Source: Spironucleus salmonicida (lineage: Eukaryota). From it: a DNA stretch of 64,000 nucleotides. Below the pieces are notes generated by a model. It ran no database searches and was not told the origin of the DNA. It saw only the letters and a program-made list of their open reading frames with translations. How positions within the stretch are numbered: the first letter of the stretch is position 1; each line of letters begins with the position of its first letter. The stretch is taken from the NCBI RefSeq assembly GCF_000497125.1, contig NC_090604.1, forward strand, positions 1 to 64,000, written 5' to 3'. Both the position numbers and the translations under genes were made by a program. Shown one piece after another: positions 55,737 through 64,000 of this stretch.

Positions 55737-57350
55737 ATGCTTCTAAGCTAGTAATTATCAATACTAGTATTATAGTAATATTTTTAGCATTAGATTTTCG
55801 AAAAACTAAAAATACTATCAATACTATCTTCGTATACTACGCTTACCCAGTGTTATTCCGATAAGACCCAGTTAGAAGTTTCATAGTTAAGAAATCTCTT
55901 AATTGTACATTTATAACCGAAAGGTAACAAAGAATGCGAAAAACTTCCTCCTGCTATAATTATTTAGCTAACATTCACAATCCAGGCTAAAGACGTATAA
56001 ATTGTACTTACGAATTTCAGTTATAGGGATTTTAAAATGCTGGAAGTCCCGGTACCTGATATCACCGATTATTTTGAAATTGTGGCAGTTAAATTAACAA
56101 TTAAAAGCTACAACTAAATTTATGAGTAATAATTATAGGAAATCACACGAACACGAAATCATGATATTACTATGTTTAGTAACCTCATTGTAGAGTATGA
56201 CTAGAACATATTTACAGCACTTGTTACGTTTCCCAATAGCTTTACCTCGTTTTAACCAAAAACTGCAACATTAAGAATAGTTACCAGCGCTTAATAATAT
56301 ATTGTTATGCTATATGGGACTCCTACAGTTGATATTAATAGTAAAACAGTGAAACTTGAGTTTGATGATAGTAGTCTATCACCTATTCTCTATGGCACTG
56401 ATGTGGATTTAATTTAACTAGAATGTGTATACGGAACAGATAAGGTTGAGACTAAAGGGATTATTTCTACACGTATATTAGCTTATAAAAATTAACCAAG
56501 CCCTGGAATGATAAGTAGTCTTGATGCCTATACCAGAGAAATATTTTTAAGAATACATTAAACGGACTATTTCACATAAGAATTAGATAAATCGAATAGT
56601 ATAAAACTTTATATTACTTTGAATAACGACGAATGTCATTTAACATATAAGTAATCTAGTTCCCTAGTAAAATTTAATATTGAGACTAATTAGTTTTTAA
56701 GAGCTAATATTGATGAATCTGGATTTCTATAAAACGATAAGAACGAAATGTCAGTACTAGATTGTTTGCAGGTTATAAGAGAAAATGGTAAGAGTGTGTA
56801 GTTTAGTATATCATTTTATGATTCTAATAAAGTACCTATAAACAAAGTAATAATGTTTTTGAAGGATATTAAAAAACCTTGCTATACTGAAGTAATGATG
56901 ACAGTACAAGACAGTACTATAAGTATACTAGCTAAAAATGGTTGTAAACAGGACAAAGTAACAAAATAAAAACTTAAAATGACAATCCTGATTTATAGTA
57001 CCGTATTAGATTATTTTTTAGATAGGACCTTATCTGTAGCTTCCACTGATTTTGAATTAAATGGCGATTTAGATGTAATTTTTAATATCAAAGACAATTA
57101 AGTACTTTAATTAATAAATAATGCTTATAAATATCGTTTATTGATATCTACCTAAAGAGACGGCTTTGTTGATGCATTAGAGCCATTTGTTGCAACATCT
57201 ACATTTTAGGAAATTATAGTGTTCAATGTTGTCACGTTGTTTTGCTGTATTGCAATAATAGTAATCTTTGGAGGATTAAATATATTCTACAAAAAGAATG
57301 TTTCCATCAAGAAAAAGATGATATCTAAAATTGAAATGGACGAAATCTGA
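55737..57350 (+). CDS. Single-pass membrane hypothetical protein, ~537 aa
   Basis: Long open frame under code 6; C-terminal helix IIVFNVVTLFCCIAIIVIFGGLNIFY followed by a basic tail; start codon uncertain. Confidence 0.78.
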
Positions 57351-57381
57351 TTTATTAATAATTTATTTACAAAGAGTTTTA

Positions 57382-58812
57382 TCACATCCCTCCACCATAC
57401 ATCATCATCATTTATTAGATTTACCTCTACATCATGTTCTAGCTCATTTCCTAGATTAAAGGCTGGTTAACTATTCTGCTGTTATCACTGTTAATGAACT
57501 ATCTAATGAAAACTTTAGGGGCAGTACTATTTTACAAGTAGACATCCTTTGCAGTAGCATTTTCACCATAAATACCTTTTATAATTTGACTTACTTCTTT
57601 ATTTTCATCGTAAATGCCATAGAATACCATATATGCTCCTAAGTTATTTCCATTATAGTTGGGCACAGAAAATAGTGTGAAAACTTGACCTTCATGCATT
57701 TCTTCATAACCAGCTTCTACACATGTGTGAGATCTGACTATATGTTGCAATTTTGATTTCTATAAGAACTTTTTGGTATAATTAACACCAAACTAAACAC
57801 TAGCACCTCTGACATCATTAAAACGAACATTAGGTATTTCATCTGTAGGATCTGCCCAAAGAACGTCATTTAATGGATCAAAATGTGATAAATCTTTACT
57901 TTAGTCAGACTCAGGATCTCTGCAACGGTTAAGTTTCTTCAGTACCTCAATATCAAAATTTTCCCAAGCAGATAAACCACCATGTATAACTAACCAAGAA
58001 TCATTTATAATAACACCAATAGGTATTTATTTGAAGAATAATAGTGAGGCTTCAAAAAGCTCAGCATGTTCTAAGGGATACTTCTTCTCAAGTTCGAGCT
58101 TATAGCTATAATTTTCACAAACTGATTCTATTTCGTGATTTCCACGAGTCATAAAGATATTATAACCTGCCAGTCTCAATATTAACAAGAAAGTAAGAAT
58201 TTCCACTGAAAATGAGCCACGATCTACATAATCACCATTAAATACGTAATACGTATCCTTATTCAAAGGATTATGAGTGAAAATAGTAATAAGAGACTCG
58301 AATGTTCCATGCGTATCACCTGCAAGAATAAGTTTATGATTTGTTTAAGGTGGAAGCTTATTAGGGCCTAGGAGTTAAATTTCTTAATTTTTATGATGTT
58401 TTTAAACTAGAGTGGCATATTCTGACTATGAAATTCCTGGCACAGTAACTTTCTCGACATTTAAAAGTGTCTAAAATAACTTTTAAGCAGCTTAGAGAGT
58501 ACGAAGAACCAAACTAGATTCAAACAAAGGTTTAAGTATAAATGTAGGCGTTTAATCTGTGACCGTCATTAACGCCTGGAAATCCGTGAATAAGTTAGAT
58601 ACAAAAGTATCATTAACCAGATTTTAGAAAAACTCTTGCTCTTTTTTTGGAACACCGGGCCCTGGTTTATTAGATGCGAAATACATACGTTTTCTTCTTT
58701 CTAATTCTTATTTAGATACTTGAGGGCTACCTTAGTTATTCATAAGACGATTTAAGGCATCAATATTCATTTACTTAGGTGGCATCTTCAGTGGAAAGGT
58801 GGAAAGTTGCAT
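57382..58812 (-). CDS. Ser/Thr protein phosphatase, PPP family (PP5/PP7-like catalytic domain), 476 aa
   Basis: GDTHG, FNGDYVDRGSFS, RGNHE, HGGL, DVLWADP, VRSH, FSVPNY motifs in one frame. Confidence 0.95.
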
Positions 58813-59295
58813 TGCAAGTAAATATATATTATATCTATATAATAATAGGGTTGGTATTACATACATTATTGATCTATATTTATTATACACTATTACAGAT
58901 ATTTTCAAAATATGATTCTGTATACAAACATTACTAATAATCATTACTTCCTATTTTTGTATATATCAGTATATTATTAAATTGACAAAAACTAGAACTT
59001 GGAAACAAAATTTTATTCGACAAATTGAAAATTAACTATTAAATTTATATACCGATACAATATATAACCTCATAAAATATCTGTATCCGAACAGCATTAA
59101 AAAAACAATCTTATAATTAAATAATATTTTGATATATCAGAAATAATATATTTATTAATATTATAATAAACATAATCTATTAGTTATTTATTCATAACTA
59201 AAAATTCTACCGTAAAATTACATATGCAAACGTAATTTACGAGCAGATAAAACTGAATTTCTAACCAAAACTAATCAAATAAGTCGCATTCTTCC

Positions 59296-60831
59296 TCACT
59301 ATTGTCGTTATACCCTCTTAATCTCCCAATCTACATAGTCCAAATTCACACTCTAATCGACTATTATTTCGTCAATATCGACTCCCTTTGTGTTAGTTAC
59401 ACTGTTATAATTCGTATTTCTACTCAAATTTAAATTTGAATATCCTGTCTTTTCTAATTCTCCTAAGCTCATGCCACTCATAACTAATCCTTTCCCTTCC
59501 TAATCAATCAGATCCCCGCTGATTAAGTTTCTTTCAACCTCAATAAGCATATTTTTTAGCATTAGATTGTTCTCTTCTAGTTGACTAATTTTCCGATTTA
59601 GCGGCCTTTTGAGCTCCAAAAACTCCTCGATTAATCCTGTTAGCAGTACAACTTCAGCATTTAATTCCGCGGTTTTCGTTGTTAAACTTGTGGTTTTTGA
59701 AGCCTAAATATTCGTCTTGTGCGATAGAATTGATGGAGTTAGGTTGGAAAATTGATTTTAAATTAGATTGACATAATGTATTTTTTTCATATTTAAACAT
59801 GAATTTTTATTTTTGTTTTTTTCTCGTCCAAATTTGACTAATTCTAAATTGTTCTAGTCTTAAATATAAAAACTAGCACTTTAGTGGCGTGTGCGTAGGC
59901 TTGGTGTCATTTTTAGAGCTGATTTAGAGCGTTTTGCGATGAGTATTTAAGGTGGCGTGGAAGTATAGTGAGCGTTTTCGGTAGTTTGACTGTTGTATGC
60001 AGTATAATTCGTATTGACCTGTTAATTAGTATGAGAATTTGAAATATTAGATACTTGATGAGCAAATTCGTCATTTTTGGATTAATACTTATTGTGAATG
60101 TACCATGGTGTGAGATTTTAGTGTGAATTTTGTACTTATCGGATGTAGTGATCGGGTTCATCATAATTAATAATATGTGGACTTGATGTATTACTTAAGT
60201 ATTGGTTAGTATTAAATTATTGTGCATTTTTGATATATTAGCTGTTCTGTTAATGTTAATTATTCTTATTTTAGCTGCTACAACTGCTATCTCTGCTATT
60301 TATTTTACGATTACTTTATAAAGGAGAGCTACATGCACTACAATAGGACCCACTAGATGCTAGAGAGAAATCTGGAGTTTGCTGTAGGATGGCAGATTTT
60401 TCGGTGACACTCTGGAGAGTTAAGGTTGCAAAACTACCATTCTGAGTATTTGAAAGATGAGTTTTTGGTGTATTAGAAATACAATTGTTATTTATGCTTC
60501 TTTGGGGACTTTGTATTGGCTTTCTATTGATTGGAAGCTTTAAAATGTGTTTAGGAAAAGCTAATAATTTGGTCATCATGCGTTTAATATGTGGTGCATT
60601 TGTTCCAGCATAAATAATAAGTTTACAGAAGATTTAATGACAGAAATTAGATAAAATTTGTGCTATGGTAGCGAAGATTTCAATTTTAGTAAAGAGGTCA
60701 CCGATTAGGGAAAATACAAGAAGAATAGAAAATAAAATAGTATTTACTAATGATTTTTATACTTTTTTAGAATGTAGAAGCAAGTTTGTCAACTCCATGT
60801 CAGATGGACAGTTGCGTAGCTCGGTAGCCAT
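59296..60831 (-). CDS. Hypothetical protein, 511 aa, N-terminal hydrophobic segment, N/S/Q-rich middle, short coiled coil
   Basis: Frame read end to end without TGA from ATG 60831 (MATELRNCPS) to TAG-TGA at 59296; includes track ORF 60316..60579. Confidence 0.75.
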
Positions 60832-60937
60832 TAATTTGAAATTTTGGGTTTTAATAATGTTTATATATTAGAAAAATTAAATTATTAATTAAGTAGAATA
60901 ATTTAAATATATTGAAGATTTAGTAGTAATATATCAA

Positions 60938-61010
60938 GCTTCTATGGTGTAGTGGTTAGCACAGTGGACTTTAGATCCACCAGACATCAGTTCGAATCTG
61001 GTTAGAAGTG
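60938..61010 (+). tRNA. trnQ-UUA: tRNA-Gln with UUA anticodon (decodes TAA)
   Basis: Acceptor GCTTCTA/TAGAAGT; D arm TGGTGTAGTGGTTAGCAC; anticodon stem GTGGA/TCCAC with loop CTTTAGA (TTA at 60971-60973); T arm ATCAG-TTCGAAT-CTGGT; body resembles eukaryotic tRNA-Gln. Confidence 0.96.
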
Positions 61011-61202
61011 AATTTTAACGAAAGTCTAAAAATTAAATTTATAATATAATTACTAAAATTAGTTGGATATATTATTTTTAACTATTTATGAATTTTACGC
61101 ACTGTTTATTTTTAGCTGTATTATGTATGAATTGATGACTGTTAGTTTAATAATTCAGTTTTGGTGATCATTGTATATATATAATATTAGCAATCCATTT
61201 AA

Positions 61203-61592
61203 ATGGATTTACTAGCTAACCTACCAAAAACACCTCCTTAGAACTCTATGAACCTATTTTCATAGTACTATAAGTAAAAAGGAGCTGAATTAAAGCTACC
61301 TAAACTTTAGCGATAGCTTAGTAAAGAAAAATTAAATAGTTCCAAGTTCATAAATTAAAATATAAAGCAGTTTGTACCTCCTGTAGTTAAGAAAACACCA
61401 CTTGAAGTTTAGAAAGAAATATATTAGTAAAGTTTGTTTTGCTGCTCTGCACGGTAGAAAAAACTTGAGGAGGAGGATCTCAAATTTTTTAAATTTTCTG
61501 AAAAAATCCAGGATAACATGATTTAAAGCACAAAACTAATGGGGAAACTTGATACTTATGTATTTTGTGGGTACGTGAATATGCCTGAGTGA
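61203..61592 (+). CDS. Hypothetical basic protein, 129 aa
   Basis: MDLLANLPKTPPQNSMNLF... open to GAG-TGA; A-rich start context (tttaaaATG). Confidence 0.6.
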
Positions 61593-61719
61593 TTATATTT
61601 AAGGTAAATATTTATTCTAACTATTCTGTTAATAAATACTTTAAAATACTAATTTTTAATTACATTATTATATAGCAATACTCTTCTTTCCATAATTTTT
61701 GCTCGTTCCGCAATTTAAA

Positions 61720-62046
61720 ATGTCCCAGGAAGTATCATTTGTAGCTGAAGAAATCAACTCTATTGTTAAAGATATTCTTGAATCTCTCTTAGCTTCTGTT
61801 ACATATTAACATTCACGTATATCATAACTTACTGAGCAAGTTATCGAGGAGGTTTTAAAGAAGTTAGTAGCCTAGAAACGCCCATACAAGTATCTCGTAT
61901 CGGCAGTTATTATGCAGAGAACTGGCGCAGGTCTTCATACAGCCTGTAGTGCTTTTTGGGATACCACTAGTGATGGTGTTGCAGTAGTCAGGTGGGAAAA
62001 TAGGAGCATTTATTGCGTCGTCACTATTTTTGGTGTCGCTATATGA
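61720..62046 (+). CDS. DYNLT1: Dynein light chain Tctex-1 family, 108 aa
   Basis: YQHSRISQL..PYKYLVSAVIMQRTGAGLHTACSAFWDTTSDG..VRWENRSIYCVVTIFG closely matches Tctex-1. Confidence 0.97.
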
Positions 62047-62665
62047 TTGTTTTTTCTCACTAAATGAGTAAATAATGTGTAATAATCACTATTTAGAGAT
62101 TATATACAGAAATTATTATAGGTATACTAAAAATTATTTTGGTATGATCAAACTAAAGCGCAAATAAACTCTTGCGTTTATTCAGTTTACATGCTTTAAA
62201 ATACGACTTTCATTTGAAGTCAATAATTTTTTATGTAAAATTTTTATAATTATGTTTTGGAAACTAACTGTATTTGGCTCTGCATTACAGGTTACCTTAA
62301 TTAAATCCTTAAATACATATTTAAATATTTATACTAATATGTTTATATAAAAAATACATTGTTATAGATTATTTAATTTTAAATGATGCTATTATGAAAA
62401 TTACAGATATTATATATGCTTTACTGTTGGTATCAAATTAGAACATAATAAGTTAAACCATAGTAATATTGAATTTATAATTAAAATATTATATTTAGCA
62501 CTCAATTATAAAATTTGTTATTCTAGCTACTCTTGTTCCAGCTTAAAATGCAATATAATGTCGAAAATAGATTAAATATAGTTAAGTAGAAATACCATTT
62601 AAAACAGAATCGTTTAACAAAAATAAGTAAATCATAAATTTTGACTATATTTATATAAATTATTA

Positions 62666-64000
62666 TCACTCCTTTATAGAATTTAATATTGATTTTTAGT
62701 CAACTACATTTTGAAGGCCTTAAATAGTTATTTCATTATTACTTAAAATATCTACATGATTATTATTACCCACACTTCTTTTTCTTTTTTAAGTTATAAA
62801 AATGGCAGTACCTACAACACCACCAACAATAACTAATAAACATATTATGATACCCACCATAGCACCTTAACCAGTTTTATTTACATTTTCAACGCATTTG
62901 CCATGATTCAACGAATAATTTTTGGAACATGTTTAACATGTATCAGTACTGGTACAAACCTCACAATTCTCCATGCATTACTAACACTGGCCACCATTTT
63001 GTTATTATTTAAAGAATTAACCTAATGAGCAAGTTTCATCCGCCTAACTTTAATAAGCTATACATTATTTTTCTTCAGTCAAAACAAAATCATCTTTACA
63101 TGACATACATGAACTAGCACTGACACAGGTTTTGCAATTCTATGGGCAGCTTTAACATTCACTGCTCCCCTAAATACTTAAACAATACTGTCCATTGGGA
63201 CAAATTTATTCCGATGAGCATTAAATAACTGGTTATTTTTAGCATATCCCATTTTCTAACAAATACCCTTCAAAACACTTATAGCATCTTTTCTCATTAA
63301 TACAATTCGCACAACCAATAGAACAGTTTAAACACTCATATTTTTCACCAACAAAATACCCATCGAAGCAGTTATCGCAGTGAGATGAAGACGTGCAGTA
63401 CTCACAGCGTTTATCACATTTCTAGCACGTTCCTTAAAACAAAACAAAATGGGGAAGACACTTAGAGCACGCTCTATTGATATCAGCCACCATGCAGTGA
63501 TCTGGAAGTTCATAGCACTTATTTCCATAGTGCGTGTCGACACAATATTAGGTGTCTGCACAAGGATTAATGTCGTTACAGTAGTCGTATTAGCAAGTAT
63601 TCTTCCCAGAGGCTAAAGAAACGCTCATATGAGGCTGGCAAAGTTCACACTCAGTTTCAGATTTGCAGATTCTACATTTTGCTCCGCATGAGGTGCACTT
63701 GCCATTTTTGAGGAAGTAGCCGTCAATGCAGATTTCGCATCTACCATTAATAGAGCAGTTCTTACAGTATGCGGGACAACTTTCACAGGCTTTGTTAATT
63801 AAAACCGAGCTCAAGTTACACTGCGTGCAGATTCCATCATTTGTGCATTCAGAGCACTTACTAGGACATTTCACGCACTTTCCATCCTGCAGGCTAAAAC
63901 CGGAGAGGCATACTTAGCACAGATTTCCGTCCGTGCATTTATTGCAGCCTGGACTGCAAGCTGAACATGTTAAATCAGAATTTAGATAATACTTCGATTG
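62666..64000 (-). CDS. Cysteine-rich membrane protein (furin-like CXXC repeats); 5' end lies outside the window
   Basis: Continuous CXXC repeats, transmembrane helix GAMVGIIICLLVIVGGVVGTAIFIT, then QKRKR and a cytoplasmic tail ending GAG-TGA at 62666. Confidence 0.92.

Overview
Eukaryotic, AT-rich, apparently intron-less DNA from a hexamitid diplomonad (Spironucleus/Hexamita-like) that uses the non-canonical nuclear code (TAA/TAG = Gln, TGA the only stop). The supplied standard-code ORF track is therefore fragmented. Re-reading by hand with code 6 gives about 15 genes: two giant paralogous minus-strand proteins (~2368 and ~1748 aa) carrying unannotated Walker A/B and NPR motifs, a bacterial-type phytoene-desaturase-family oxidoreductase, a GH35 beta-galactosidase homologue lacking both catalytic glutamates, an LRR-like protein, two BPI/LBP-like paralogues with opposite codon bias, two cysteine-rich membrane proteins plus decayed copies, a PP5-like phosphatase, a Tctex-1 dynein light chain and several hypotheticals. 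The window also contains the tRNA-Gln(UUA) that decodes TAA, a 3.2-kb (ATAAT)n microsatellite and a 10.8-kb two-module tandem array (22 cores). Each repeat block lies just upstream of one of the giant NTPase-like genes. Frames were read manually and no database searches were possible, so family assignments are from motif recognition.
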